DNA from: Chlorokybus atmophyticus
Taxonomy: Eukaryota > Plantae > Mesostigma and Chlorokybus algae
NCBI GenBank assembly: GCA_009103225.1
Contig: RHPI01000026.1
Coordinates: 753,103-817,102, forward strand
Length of the DNA: 64,000 bases
Direction of reading: 5' to 3'
Below, in pieces: positions 38,291 through 52,619 of the stretch. The first letter of the stretch is position 1; each line of letters begins with the position of its first letter. The notes beneath the pieces are model-generated. The model was not told where the DNA came from and did not search any database. It saw only the letters and a program-made list of their open reading frames with translations. Made by a program: the position numbers and the translations under genes.

Positions 38291-40197
38291 CAGAACTTGC
38301 CACGCGCACAAGGTTTGCAAGCCTGCATGTGCGGGCACGCGTGTGCGCGTGCCCGCGTGTGCATATGCAAGCGTCTGTGTGCATGTGATCATGAACTAGT
38401 CCATGCGCGCATGTGTGTGTGCGACATACTGCAAGCGCGAAGTGCATGATGTGTTGTGATGATACTGACTCGGTCGTTAGGTGCATCCGCAACCAGAGAG
38501 CTACTGGGGCCACATCAACCCTTGTAGGTATCAACGTGCTATAGCATCCATAAGCATGCGTCCATAAGCATGTATGTTCACACAATCACATGATTGTTGT
38601 GCACACGCGTGTGTGCCCGTGCACAACTAGGCGTGCATGTGTTGTTGACTTCATGTGTTCATGCACTTCCGCATGTGCGAGCGTGCATGCATGCATACAC
38701 ATGTATGTGTGCATAAATGTGGTTTTGTGCCATTCTAAGGTGTGAGGAGTCGTCACGATGAAGGCAAGCGCATTGCCGAGACTCTCAGATTCAACTACCA
38801 CTGCCAACGCAATGTAGGTCAGTGAATCCAACCCTCACGCACATCACCCGTTCCTACAAGCATGTGTTGCCACATCATCAAGTTTATATGCCTAATCTCC
38901 TGGTATGTGGCATAGTGACGAGAGATATTAGAGTGGCCCGCATCTTCAACACGTACGGCCCGCGCATGCACATCTCGGATGGCCGCGTTGTTAGCAACTT
39001 TGTCTGCCAGGCTCTGAGGTAGGTTGATACCACTCCTTGCTTACATCAATGCTAGTTTATGTGGTTAGTCGTTGTTTTGTCCCCTGTTCTTTCGCGTGCG
39101 ATGGTCACGAGACACATGTGTGTGTGTACTGTACCTCAGAGGGGAGCCCATGACTGTGCATAAGCCCGGGACGCAATCGCGCAGCTTCTGCTATGTATCC
39201 GACTTGGTGAGCATGTGCGCACCTGTGTGCATATGCATGCGCGCAGTTGCAGCTTTCAATGTGTTCCTTGTGCTCCACCCAAGTGCTAGTCCACGCCGTA
39301 TGCATGCAACTACTCGTCATGTGGGCTCATGCAACGCGTGTTTTATTGCTGCTCCCTACACCAATGCAACTGTGGCAAGGCCAGGTTGAGGGCCTGATAA
39401 GGTTGATGGAGAGCGACGAGATAGGTCCTGTCAACCTCGGCAATCCAGGTGTGTGAACACACTCGCCACACTGAATGCCGCGTTGTTTTTGATTCACTTA
39501 CAGCACAGTCCAACCAAAGTCCGGAGCTGTTTTCATGTGTTGCGCTTGCGCACAAATACCTTATGCCAACATGCGAGCGGGTTTCTTGCGTGCTTTTCTT
39601 CAGGGGAGTTCACCATCAACGAGCTGGCGAGCCTGGTCAAGGAGGTGACTGATGTGATGGTCTCGCTGCCATGAAAGCAGTGTGATGTGTAGCATTTGGG
39701 ACTCGAATGCGCTTCATATATTCAACGCATGTGCAGCCAGTACCAACACGTGCTTGTGTGCGGTGTTGGCAGCTTGTGGAACCCAACGCAACGGTTGAAG
39801 TCAAGGAGAATACGCCAGACGATCCGATGCAGCGCAAGCCCGAGATATCCAAAGCCAAAACGGCTTCGGCTGGGAACCAATGGTGCGTTTCCAGTTGCGC
39901 GTGGGTTGGTGTGCGCGTGCACATGTGCGCGTGTACGCTTGCGTGTGTGAGTGTATGCATGCATGCATGTTCAGGTGTGTGTGTGCACCCCATTCCACAA
40001 CGGTATCTAGTCGTAAACGGACTTGCATCCATGTTGTGGGCACTGGAGGAGGGTGCATGTAGCCAAGCCTAGTTCAACCTCTGCTTGTTGGTCACTTGTG
40101 TTGAACGCGCATGGCATTGCCACTCCAGGTGCCTCTGCGAGGAGGACTTGTGCGAATGGCTGATGAGTTCAGGGAGCGGCTCGGCTTGACAAAGTGA
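38291..40197 (+). pseudogene. UXS: 3' half of UXS with introns, degenerate
   Basis: [85 protein letters not shown]; frameshift near 39,865; last exon ends 40,197. Confidence 0.88.
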
Positions 40198-41638
40198 GCA
40201 CGCTTGCGCAAGGTTGTGGCACACGAACACGCACCCCATGAACACGTGCCCACCACACATTGGCAACAGGTGTGATCAACAAAGTTGGCGAGCGTGTGCA
40301 TCTTATGAACAGGGCTTGAACACGTCAACCATGATTGTCCTGCCCTTCAGCGTGTGTGTTTTACCATCTATGTATCTTGTCTTGTCTTGTTATGTTATGT
40401 AACTTGTCTTGCACCTGCTATCACCTTCTATAGCACAATGCGGTGGCTGGAAGTTGCTGGAAGATGTTGTTCTGGTAGCTGGGCATCGCGTGTTGCTGAT
40501 TGGAAAAGAGCAGCGATCGGTACTCACCGGATACCGATGATGTGAATTCACACGTGGAAACTTGCATGACTGCAGTACATATGTGCATTCGTTGGGTTGA
40601 GTTGGATGAACTTGTTGAACTGTTTGCCGTTTTACGTGCTCAGTCGTGCTGATGCTGATAACAGTACCGTATACTGTTTACTCATGACCAGTTGAGGTGA
40701 CTATAGCTGTGTGGCAGGCTATGCACAAGCGGGCCTGTGCGTGCGTGCGTGCGTGCGTGCAGATGAGGCTGTGCACGCTACGGCCTTCGTCTCCTACCTT
40801 TGTGATTTCATCGATGGCTCGACTGTGTCTCTAACATTGACATTGGAGTGCACATGGATGCATTTGTAAATGTCCGTTGCTCGCTTACTTGGAGTAGAAC
40901 ATAAAGTACACGCACGATACACCGCACTGACTCAGCAATTCTACATCCTACATCTAACACAGCACACCACACCAAACAGTCAGACCACTCTCAGGCAGAC
41001 ATCATCGTTCGCAAGCACTGCATAGAGCATATTGCGAGAGAGTGTGGGGCGGCGATGGAGGAGGGAGAGAAGTGACAAAGAGTCCTGGGTTTGCGCATGT
41101 AGGATTGTGGGAGATGAAAGATTGACAAGCTCGTCGTGTGTACATGTATTGACCTGTTTGACTGGCATGCATGCATGCATGCATGACAAACAGGGGGTGG
41201 TGAGGTAGTGGTAGTAGTGCTAGTACTAGCTATTCCATAGTGAGATAGGCAGATATAAATGTTCATAGCCCGGTGGCTGACTACTTAAACGATACTACAG
41301 ATAATGCAGAACTAGCTGAGGTACATGCCAAGCCAACTTTGCAAGCAACAACAAGTCTAATGCTTGACATTTTTGTATGTATGTGTGCTGCCAGCATGGT
41401 GTGAGTGTCGAGGCGGATGCCGCATATGTTGAGCTTTTGGGGATGGTGTTGGGTGCGTGTGCGTGTGGTGGTGCGTGTGCTTTGTGTTGATACGCATGCT
41501 AGATGTTGCCAATCGAACACTTGCACGGTCATCATAACAATGAGAGAAAGGTGCTGCAAGCATGATGATGATATGGTGGAGATCTGCGCGCCATGTGAGT
41601 GCGGCCTAACGCATGCATATGCGTGAACACACTTGCAT

Positions 41639-42969
41639 AGGCTTTCCAACAAGTGCAACACAATGTAAGGCACCAGCCAGCACACCAGCCAGCACACCAA
41701 CAGGCACACCAGCAAGGACTGAATTACAAGGGCAAGGGCAAGGCTATGTGCACTAGCTACGTGCGTATGCTGGTGGTGGCGGGCGGAGAGGTGGGGCGGG
41801 GCAGTAGCAGCACAGCAGGTGTAAGGCAAGGCAAGGCAGGGCAGACCTGAGCAACAGCGGGGCTGGTGTCAGCGTAGTTGTAGAAGCGACCAGCAGGTAG
41901 CAGCAGCAGCAGCAGGCAAGGGAGGTTAGGCGAGGGGGTGAGCGGGATGCTGTGTTGTGCTGTGCGTGAGGGGCGCAGCAGGCCGGGCGGCTAGGTTATG
42001 GCGTGCTGGTCTTTACAGCCGCTTGTTGTAACACCCGCCGCCAGCAGGAGCAGTAGCGATACAATGGCTGGCCCAACGGACACTTTGCTGAGTCAGATGA
42101 GACACAGGCATTCTGAGCGACAGCACTTGACATATCACGTTAGTGCACTGTCAGCTCAGTAGTCAGTCAATTAGCACAGCAGTCAGCATAGCAGGCAGTT
42201 AATCACTTAGCAAGTAGTCAATGGCAAAATTGCAATCACTCACAAGCTGACGTCAAATGCATGCATGCGCGGGCAGACACTCTGCTCCCCACACATGCGT
42301 AACCACTTACCTCACTTACCTCACTCACCTAGGCTTCGGACTTGCACTTGTTGGCCACTCGCACGTAGAGCTGCTGGTATGTCATGTCGTACACCTTGCC
42401 CGGCATCCTGTACATCTTGCCTTGCAGCTTCCCCAACAGCTCTTGCAAGTGGTATCCTTGTGCCACCATGTCCCGCAAAAGCTGCACCATTTCCCACATA
42501 AAGTGTTCTCGCAAAATATAAATGCGCACAAACTGTGACACGACCACGCCCAACTTGGCCGACTTAGAGATCAGACTGTCTGGGTGTGGTGCTCTATGTC
42601 TTGGCAAGTATCTGAACGGAGCTGTATTCAGTTTGTTGTACACACGTGTGCACAAGCCAAGTTGTGGTGTTTGAAAAATCATCAAGTCCAAGAAAGGCAC
42701 GGTCACTCCCTGAGCTGTCTGAGACAGAGTGAGCATGTGCTGCGGGTAGAGTCCTCCACCCGGAGCACTTGCCGCTCCACTGGCTTCCAATCGGTCTGTG
42801 ACATATCGCAGCCGGCTGGTTCATGCACGTGCAGTAGCTACGTGCATGCAATGCTACTAGCCCCGCACCTAACACAAGACAATACAAGACAATACAAGGC
42901 AATACCACACAGCACTCTCACAAGCACGCACCCACGCACTGACACCACAAGCCTAGGAGCTGCATGCAG
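41639..42969 (-). mobile_element. 5'-truncated Penelope-like retroelement fragment (RT C-terminus and thumb)
   Basis: Absent from the paralogous site near 10,050. Flanked by TTGCAT at 41633-41638 and 42970-42975. Exon 42739-42329 encodes VPFLDLMI...TRVYNK...RYLP...HP...K.GVVVSQFVRI...F...E...L...GY, then a stop. Confidence 0.78.
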
Positions 42970-43511
42970 TTGCATCTTTTGTGCACACACAGCGCAAGCA
43001 GCTTGAATCTTCACCGGCAACACAAGCAATGAAAGGATGCGCTAAATGCAAAGGCTGCCAGCTAGGCCTGACAGTTATAGCCACGCTTTGCATAGCATTC
43101 AATGCATGCACACACTGCAGAGTGCAATGCATTCTTGATTATGCAGACAGCGCAGATCATAGGTTGCCAATTCCTTGCATGCTGGGCACGTTAACAGCAA
43201 TTATATGGCTTGTTGGCCCACTTTGCTTTGTCACCACTAGGTAGAAACCAGACGCAGACATGTGCAGTCGCTATACTGTCTGCAACATAAATACATATTG
43301 GGCAATGCTGACACACAAGCTGGACATACGCACCCGTGCACACAACAGCACGTTATTTATCATGTACGCATGCACGAAAGACAATAGCGCATGATGCAAG
43401 ACAACTTGCCCACACGCGGACAGTATGCATGTATTGCTAGCTATACCACAAGAGCTAACTCAACGAAAGCAAATTGCGCTCGTTTAACCTGCAACTGCAA
43501 GCTGGTCGCAA

Positions 43512-45758
43512 CTACGCGTCACTCAGATTAAGTAATGCCACATCTGCAGACACAACATCGGTCCGATACGTGTCTTGCAAGCCGAGCGGGAAGAACAAGT
43601 CGCGCAGCTTGCGTGCAACACGTCGCAGCTGGTCGCTGTCTATCCTGCTCAAGACCTTGTCCTCAAATAGGAGTGTCATAGCCGTCCATTTGCTGTCAAT
43701 GGCGGAGGGGTAGCCGAGGGGCGCCTTGCGCCAATGCAAACCACCTTGCGTCGCCCAATACAGAAATACATACAAGGCTGATTCGAGCTCGGAAGAAACC
43801 GTTTGCGGCCTTTTTTGCAACGTCGTGATTGCCATGAACAAAGGTGTCCCCGTTGCAAACCCGTCGGTCGCTGCCTGCAAACATATACACATATCTTCAT
43901 GCAATGTACAACAAAGCAAAATGACAACATGCAAGTATATCACATGGGCTTGTATAACGGTACCTGACTCAAAAGACGAGCTTCACCGAAGTCGATGAGC
44001 ATGATGCTCCCATCAGCTCTGCCAACCACGTTGAATGCAGAGATATCTCCATGAAGATAGCCTCTGTCAGCAATTGCACCGATAGCAGCACATAGCTGCT
44101 CAAATGCTCTCACAATCATCAATGGCTCTTGTGGTGAAAAAAGGTCGCCAACGGGCTGCATGACCAAATAATGCTTTTCATCGTTGTCGACTGCCATGCC
44201 CACGAGGTTGACAACGCTGTCGACCTCGGTCAGTACTACCAAAGCTTGTCTCTGTCAAGCAGCCACATGTTGACATACAGCACATTCAACAGCTCTGTCC
44301 ATGCGCTACCACACCTTGATTTATGCCCGTTTGTTGTCAATGTATCCATGTAAGCAATTACACACCTCACGTTCCTGTCGCTCCGCGTTGTGGCTGTGCT
44401 TGGCAATGGCCCAGCCATGGTCAGGTTGTAGCTCGCCGCGATAGACGTAGGAGATATGCGGTGATAGCACGCCTTCATCCTTGCTGCTCGACTCCTTCAT
44501 GAGAAACAGCTTCTCCAGAGATTTGCCACTATAATGCCCACTATATAGCCGTAAAGGAGATGGTAGATGTGGCCGCCTGTAACCCAGAGTCTCAGGTGCT
44601 GTACACCACAACCGAACCAGGGTCTGCAGAGCTGGAGACCTCCGGTCCAAAGTAAACGCCTGTTGTGGGGTACAGCGAATAGTCCCGAGCCTGTCCAAGC
44701 TCCACAATTGCAAGCAATCGATACCACCCGTGATTGCCACCCACTCATTGCGGGCAGGCTGCTCCCTCTTTAGATCCTCCAAGTGCACCTTTATTTGATA
44801 CAAGGCTTCACGTTGCAACGTAGTTTGCCGAAGAGCTTTCTTGAGCTCAACGTACCACACAATGTGTGGAGCTGTTGCATAGGCAGAGTCCGTAATTGTA
44901 AGATCTGGTTTTCGGCGTAATCCGGGAACGCCGGTTGCATGTGTATCCTGCACATGCAACTGCCCGCCTGCTGGCCTCACGGACTGCAACTTGGACAGGA
45001 TTGTGTAATAAAGCTTTTGCACAGGCTCTTCGAGTTGTTGCTGGCTGGCCTCAAGAAAACGGGCTTGAACGTCTTGTGCTTGAAGGAGAGATGTCAACAC
45101 GTCTTCTTCAACGTAGGCCAACTTTGCAAGCAACTCTTCAGTGTAAATAGCAGACTCCATGAGCTTTTTGCCTGCTTCTACTGGCTGCGTGACTGTCGTA
45201 GCACGCCCGTCATTGCGCGCCAATTGTTCAAGCCGCTCCAGCCGGTCCTCTAGTGTGACAGGTCTGGCAGATGGCGCACCTGCACGAATGCACCCGCCCG
45301 AGTCAGCACAAAGTACAAGACAGTCAAGCGTGCACACTTGTGCGAACAAGCCATTGAGACATCGAGGGAGGTGGGGAGCAAATAGGGTGCTGTGCGATGC
45401 AGCTCCTGGAGCATACTCGTTTGCAAGACAGCCATGGCCAAGGCAGACACTGTATGCCTTGTCAAGCGCACATGGCCAAGGCCAAGACGACTAGCAAGAC
45501 CTCACCTGGGCCAGAAACAGGGGCTTGCTGCCGTGGCACAATAGTGATCTCATACTCAGCGCCAGCTTCATAAGTGCCATTGGAGTAACGCTCAAACTGA
45601 CCCGCGGCAGGCCCAACAGGCACGAAGTCATCACCATGCTTGACAGAGAATTGCGATGCCTGGAAGGTGTCGAGCACGGCAGCCACATCAACCCTGCCTT
45701 CAAACAGATAGAAGGCTTTCCGGCGTTCACCTAACTTGAAATACACTAGCAAAGCCAT
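43512..45758 (-). CDS. CR protein copy 3: header B, linker like copy 1, more diverged REase-kinase; ~605 aa, intact
   Basis: Exons 45758-45506, 45279-44366, 44251-43964 and 43874-43512, GT-AG and in frame. All indels relative to copies 1 and 2 are multiples of 3. Confidence 0.85.
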
Positions 45759-45806
45759 TCACGCGCGTCGCATCACCTTCAAAGTCCTGTTGTAGAGCAC
45801 CGAAAC

Positions 45807-46275
<469 letters not shown>

Positions 46276-47403
46276 CTACCTGACACCGTGCGATGAGGTT
46301 AAGGTGGGGGGGCTGATCCGCCGTCGCCGCAGGCACAGGGGACCCTCAGGCAGCAGCGCTTGTATGGGGAGGACGGCCGGCGTTATCCTCCCTCACCGCG
46401 CACAGAGGGCTGGCCGCTGGTTGTTCCCCCACTCACCCTCTCTTTGTCCGACTACCGTGCCGCCGCCGCCGCCTTTGCCCCGCCGCCGCCGCCGCCGCCG
46501 GCCATCGCATTTAACCTCTTCTCTCGGAGTTGACACGGCGACAGCGCTGCTTGCGTTGCTCAATGACATGTGCAATGATGTGTGCGGCAGCACGGTAGGG
46601 TGTGGCATGTGTAAGGGGTATGGTACTGTGCAAGCATGCATAGGGTATAAGTCGTATTCCCCACTTGCAGACTGTGCAAGACGTGTCGAATGGTGCAGTG
46701 GCCAGCGACTAGCGCTGTAATGATACCCATGTACAGTTGTCTGTGAAAGAGTGCAAAGCATCATGACTGGCAATGCTGCCTTGGCGAGCCCTTGGTGAGC
46801 TGAGCAACTACACGCGTTATTTTGCGCTGGCTTGCTGTAAGATATTCATTGCGGCGAGGCATAGTTGTGACAGGTACGAACAAACCGCATTGTTCAGCGT
46901 CTGCATGCCTGGATGGAGAGGGCACATGAGCTCATGCATGTGACCAGTGTACATAATACATGCGATGTGGAAGAAGAAGTGTAGAAAATATGCAATGCTG
47001 TGCATGTGTATAAGAGATAGTATGCTAGTTGGTAACATGCATGGTGATACACACAACATGCACTGTCATGCACAACATGCAGCATACAATACAAGCATTG
47101 GCATGCGAATACTTTATACCACCGGGCTGCTGCTAGCTCCTACCTAAGTCATTGACCCCTACCCTTGTAGCTCACACAGCATGCATGTAGTCAAGTAGTT
47201 ACCTGCCCACACGGGCGCCGTGCTTGAGCAGGTGCAAATGATCCTGGTCCAACATGCACTCGGCATTCCAATAGACACCACACGCATGCATGTCTATGAT
47301 ACCGTATGCACGCACGTGCAGAGCACTACAGAGGTACAGCAGGGCAAAAGACTGAGTACACATGTGTAGCAAGAATGACATTCACAGTCTGCAGAAGACT
47401 ACT

Positions 47404-49561
47404 TCACACGGGCACTTGCGCACGCGACTGCCGCCGATGCCACGCAACGACCTCAGCGTACTGCAAGTTGCCCCCAAAGATGTCAAGAGCGCTGCCCACC
47501 GACACATCAACAATGCCATTCCCGGCGACACGCACACGCTCCAAGTCATCCAACGAAGCCACACCACCAGCATAGGTCACAGGGATCTGTTGACACCACC
47601 GGCACAATATAATGAGCTGTAACCACAGAATACAAAAAGTGTGTCCTTGCATGAACACTCGCTTACCGGCGAAAGCTTCGCCAACAGCTCAATCAGCTCG
47701 TCATCGACACCAAGCCTGTTTTGCGACCTAAGCTTAGTGTGCTCGTCGTTTCAATCAGTCATACCAAGTGCTTGCAAGGATGACGCTGTTTCAGCACATG
47801 CAACTTACTTGAGACCCTCTTTGTCCACGCCGTGCACGAGAAACTCATCCGCGCAGCCTGCAAGCTGCTGAAACGTCTCTCCACTGAGCGTTACATCAGT
47901 GAAGCGCTGCCACCGATCTGTCACGACATAATACTGGCCGTCCTGCCAGTGCCGGTGAATTGTGAGTGCGCTGTCTCCTTGTGGCTAATTTGTGGCATTA
48001 CAGAACACCGCTTGTTACCTGCTTCCTGCATGACAGATCGAGCACAAGGCGCTTCTTTCCCACAGTCTCAACAAGCTGGCTTAGCCGCTCATGGTCCAAC
48101 TTGCCCGCCGTAAATACAAACTGCAAAAATGGGCGTCAAGGTGAGGTGCAATGAAAAGTTGTCAGAACCGCCTTCAGGCTGCACACATGCAGGCACCCAC
48201 GCACTCGAGCACATGCAGACATACATGCACACGTACCGAGGTAACGATGACATGGCTGGCTCCGGCATCCAAATAGAGAGCCGCATTGCCTGGCGTGATC
48301 CCGCCTCCAACTTGCATGCCCCCTGTGTGAGCATTGTGCTGAGAGCTGCCTTGCTACTTCAATAGTGAGCAATGTCAATTCCCACTGTTGATCACCCACC
48401 AGGGTACGATGTGATTGCATCAAGCGCTGCAGCCTGGTTGGGAACGGTCGAGCCCAGCATGATGACGTGCCCGCCAGGAAGATTGTCTTGTTGATACATC
48501 TTTGCATACTCTCCTGCGGACAACTCGGACACATAGTTCTCAACCAGGGGCCCTTCATTTGCGCTCTCCTCCTGAGGGAGATCCCGCAGTGTGCTCCCAA
48601 CTATCTGTTTGACTTTACCCTGCGATATCGGACAATGGGGACGCTGTTGATGAACGCTGCAACAACATGGTGCGTACTTTCAAACAAACAAATGTGATGT
48701 CTGCAAACTCCAATCAGGCAACACGCAAGACGATACTGATGACATGTGGCTATAAACGTACGTCATGGATATCTATGCAGGGGCGAAACCGCACTGATCG
48801 CGTACCGCTGTTGGAACTACCAGTGGCCACCGCTCCTTCTGCATGAAGAGCGACATACTTAGCACTCATCCAGTGCGCTGCTGGCACTACACATGCGCAC
48901 AGACTTGCACCTGCACGGCTCCCTTGTTGCATTTGGCAATACCACTAGGCATAGGAATGCAACACCAAGGAGCCAGTCCACTTGCTTGTCAGCTGTGGTT
49001 GCTTGAGTGGGAACGTTCGACTAGCAAATGCAGTACTGGACAACCTATGCTGCTTATTGTGGTTGAATTAATTGTAACAACGTGACGCGTATACCACTTT
49101 GGCGCAGCAAGTGTCACTGCATGCAACTGTGAACACAGCATATGTTGATCGCCACCAACTGTAGTTGTCGGACTGCATGTCAGACCAAACTCAACACTAC
49201 CAACGCTAGCTTTCCGATGCCATGCGTTGATTGTGCGACTTTCTGAAGCAAGCATTGCAGCTGTACGACAACTGCGCAGAGCTTAGATCGCCTCTGGCAC
49301 GCACACTCACGCAAACGAGCTTTCCAGAAGCCCGCACACAACCGTGCCAAAGAGTAGTCACCACACACGCTCATGCAACAACAACAATCAGCACATGCAT
49401 AACAGGCCAACAAACGCACCAGCTGTTGCCCGAGCAGCAGGCCGGCTTCGACGACGTGGGCTGCGGCGCAGCAGGCCAGGCGCTGTCAATCCATCCGGCT
49501 TGACCGCCTGAAGCCCCCTCGCCGTTAGCACCTCACGCCCAGCCGCCACCGCCTCCAGCAT
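47404..49561 (-). CDS. HISN3: Phosphoribosylformimino-5-aminoimidazole carboxamide ribotide isomerase (His6/HisA family), with probable plastid transit peptide; intact
   Basis: Phase-compatible exons: [24 protein letters not shown]...[18 protein letters not shown]...[28 protein letters not shown]...[28 protein letters not shown]...[10 protein letters not shown]. Confidence 0.92.
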
Positions 49562-49691
49562 GGCGCCCAACTAACAAACGGCATGATGCAACACCGGCAC
49601 TTCACTTGTGCATTTTAGAATTTCCAGAGAAAACCCTAGCGGAGGCGGCGGTGGAGGACGAGGAGGAGGAGGAGGAGGAGAGCCAGCAGGC
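49562..49691. promoter_or_regulatory. Candidate bidirectional promoter between HISN3 and IWR1/RDM4, with a telo-box-like motif
   Basis: Only 130 bp between the divergent ATGs (49,561 and 49,692); AAACCCTAG at 49,631. Confidence 0.55.
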
Positions 49692-52286
49692 ATGGCTACT
49701 GAGGCTGAGGATGTTGTGGATGCTGCGCATGTTGGCCGAGTCGAGGCGGCTGTCCAGCCATTGGAGCAGCAGCACCAGCAGCTGCAGGAGGAAGGGCGCA
49801 TGGCGCTGGTGCGTGTCAAGAGGAAGCGCAGCGCTTTCGGAGCTGATACAATTAGTGAGTGTCTCTGAATTGCTCTCAAGCAACAGGTGGCTTTGCATGC
49901 AAGAAACACAGCTTCCTGTGCTCGTGCTTGGCAAGGCAATGTGCCAAACAAAATCCGTGTGGTTGTTTTCTTTGCCATGCATGCCACGACTTTGGACACC
50001 TGCTTGTCGTCTCCTTGGTGAGCTTGTAGGTAACGTTGTTGGCAAGCTCTTGTGTGTCTTGCAACATATGCTCTTTCCCTAGTGTTTGAGACGGGTTGGC
50101 AGCGTCTGTGCACGGGTTTGGTCAGCAAGGAGTGAGTTGCAAAGCCTTGTGCAGACTACGCAGCTGTGTTGACTGCTAACTGATGTGCAAGATTGAGTCG
50201 TGGTCGGGTATGCATTGAAGCAGTCTGTGCGCTGCATGCTGTCAACAACTGGCAGCATGTTCGTGGCAACATGCTGGCACAAGCTATGCGAGTCAACTTG
50301 CACAAAGCGTGAAACATGCAAGCTGGCGACATTCTACCCCCTTATTAGCCAACTCAATATGCGCATGACCACCATGTTAGTTACCTGACAAGCAATAGAG
50401 TCATTGGACGTTGTTGAAGTCCAATTCCAGGCGCATGTGCGCATGTACGTGTGTTCGTGGTTAGCAGACGACCTTATATGTCGTGCACCTATGCCTCCTT
50501 TTGCAGTTCTTGAGGAACTTCCTCCTCCCGAAAAGCGCTGTACTCTAGCGGCATCGATGACAGCACTGTCTGTTGGTTTTGATCAACGCGCAGAAGAAGC
50601 TGCGCCCGCCACACCCTCCCCGGCTTTCACCGCTGCAGCACAACCCACAGGTAGCGCTGTGTGTGCAACGCTTGCAAGCTCTTAAGCAGCTGTGGTTCAG
50701 TAAGTTGAGCGAGACACACAGGCGACTGGAGGGGTTCAAGTTTAAGTGTGTTGCGCCATCAACAGGGAGAAGACGCCGGTTCAGGCGTGTTGACACTATC
50801 GCATTACAGCACGATGGTGATACGTCCATAGCCGATCAAGTCAGGGTATGCTGTCTCTATAAGCACGTAATGGTACATTTTGCGTTGTGCGCCAGTCTGG
50901 TCTAAAACTCCACCCAAAGTTGTGTTCACCATCCAGACCACTATGGTTTGTATGTGTGCAGCAAATGGTTGCACAACGCTCAGAAAGGCGCGCAAGCACA
51001 AGCGCCAGATTGGAACCGAAAAAACTGGTGGATGACAGGATTGCGTCAGCCATGCAGCAACACGAGGTATGTATCTCAGGCAAGTGACTGCTGCGTTTCA
51101 AACCATGCCAGCATATAACAATCTGCCTCCTTCAGAAAGCTGCAAAGGCGGCTCGCTATGAGGTCATCAAGCGCCGGCGCCAGAGCAGGTGATGACTGAT
51201 TCCGCTTAGTACTGTTGCTGCTCGTCTTCAGTGTCTTTACAAGGCTTGTGTGTTTGGAGCTCTCAGGGATGCTATGGGGGTTGAAGACAACGATCTCTTT
51301 CGCTTGTATGATGTCATACAAATGGATGACGAGGAAGAAGGGCATAGGCGAGCCAGGTGTGTTGAATTGCTTGAAGTTTTCTCTCATGCACACATCCAAC
51401 GCATGCACGCATAACCAATGGTGCTGCAGTTTGTGGTTGGACCGGCTCGGTCACCAGTTGTGATTTCGTGCATGCATGTTTTGCAGGGAGGAGCGGAAAA
51501 GGCAGGCTGCTTTGGCCGAGGGTTCACTTATGTGCAACTATCTACCGTTGCTGAGGCAACACGCTCCCGAAGCTGCCACAGACATTGAGCAAGAACTAAG
51601 TACTGTCACATGGCATCTGTCGTTCAATGGTTTAACCGGAGTTGTTCAGTTGTTCAGATACTCGAAGACCAACGCTGTGCGTGTTTAATACAGGCAAGGC
51701 CAGTACTATGCACGAGGACTATGTATACGACTACTACCTGCCTGTGGACGGACCTGAACCGGCAGGCATCAGTGAGGATGCTGCAAACATCCCAATGTGA
51801 GAGTCAACTTATCAATCCTCATACCTGTCTGCATTGCTGTTGGCAACGGTTAAAACTGGTGTGTGTACAGTGTACAAATAGACCACGACCCTGACGGACG
51901 GTATTACGGGGCAGAATTGCCTGACAGCGACCATGATAGTGAAGACTCTAATGGTATCGCATCTGATTGGTTTGCCAAGTGTAGAGGATGCATGGTGCAA
52001 TGTTGGCGGAGAGCTTGTCGTAAATTTCCATGTGCTGATTGAACACATTGATATGGCAGCCGAAAGCAACCCTGCGAATGACTACCCTGAGGAAGAGAGC
52101 GAATGCGAGCCGGACATGACACAGGGGGCAGTGTCTGATGCAGATGACAGCGATTTCTCCACAGGCGATCCCCTTGTTGACAAGATCATGTTCAGAGACC
52201 GAGGACTGATCTACTCTGAAGATGATGGCTATGACAGTGAAGGCTACCTCGCACCTCAGAGCCAGGTCTGGACCCGCATTAGGTAG
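49692..52286 (+). CDS. RDM4: IWR1 / RDM4 (DMS4) family RNA polymerase-associated protein; intact, about 10 exons
   Basis: Phase-compatible exons give ALVRVKRKR, AARYEVIKRRR, LFRLYDVIQMD, NYLPLLRQHAPEAATDIE, EDYVYDYY and DSDHDSEDSNAESNPANDYPEEE. These match recalled RDM4/Iwr1 motifs (VIVRVKRK, ARFEQI, FLPLLRE, EEYVYDFY, DSEDSNAEDHPKTDYPEEE). Confidence 0.85.
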
Positions 52287-52619
52287 AACTTGTGGTAGAG
52301 TTGTTGGTTTGATGTAAGCAGGAGCGGTCTTGTGTGGAGTGCTTTGAGCCCATGTACATATTCGTTGAGTGTTGCCCAAGCAACGCAGCAGAGGTTGTAT
52401 GCTCGGTGATATACAACGCCGGGACTCCTCATGGATCTTTTGCTGTAGTTCTCAGGGCGTTGGTAAGCAACTTTTCTTGGCCGCTGCTTTTCAACTGTTG
52501 TGGACCTCGAGCTGCCGTAATTGAGCCGTTGTCTTTCAGGTGCATGAGAGGCGGTGGTCATGCTTACAGCGTGCCAAGGCATTGCCCCCTGTTCTGTTTC
52601 AGCATTGCAACCAACTCTC

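Noticed and set aside
41639-42330. Hammerhead ribozyme in the Penelope-like fragment
   Set aside because: No CTGANGA...GAAA core with supporting stems found by eye on either strand.
49692-52286. RDM4/IWR1 as evidence of a novel algal RdDM pathway
   Set aside because: Iwr1 is widespread in eukaryotes as a Pol II factor, so its presence alone says nothing about Pol IV/V.
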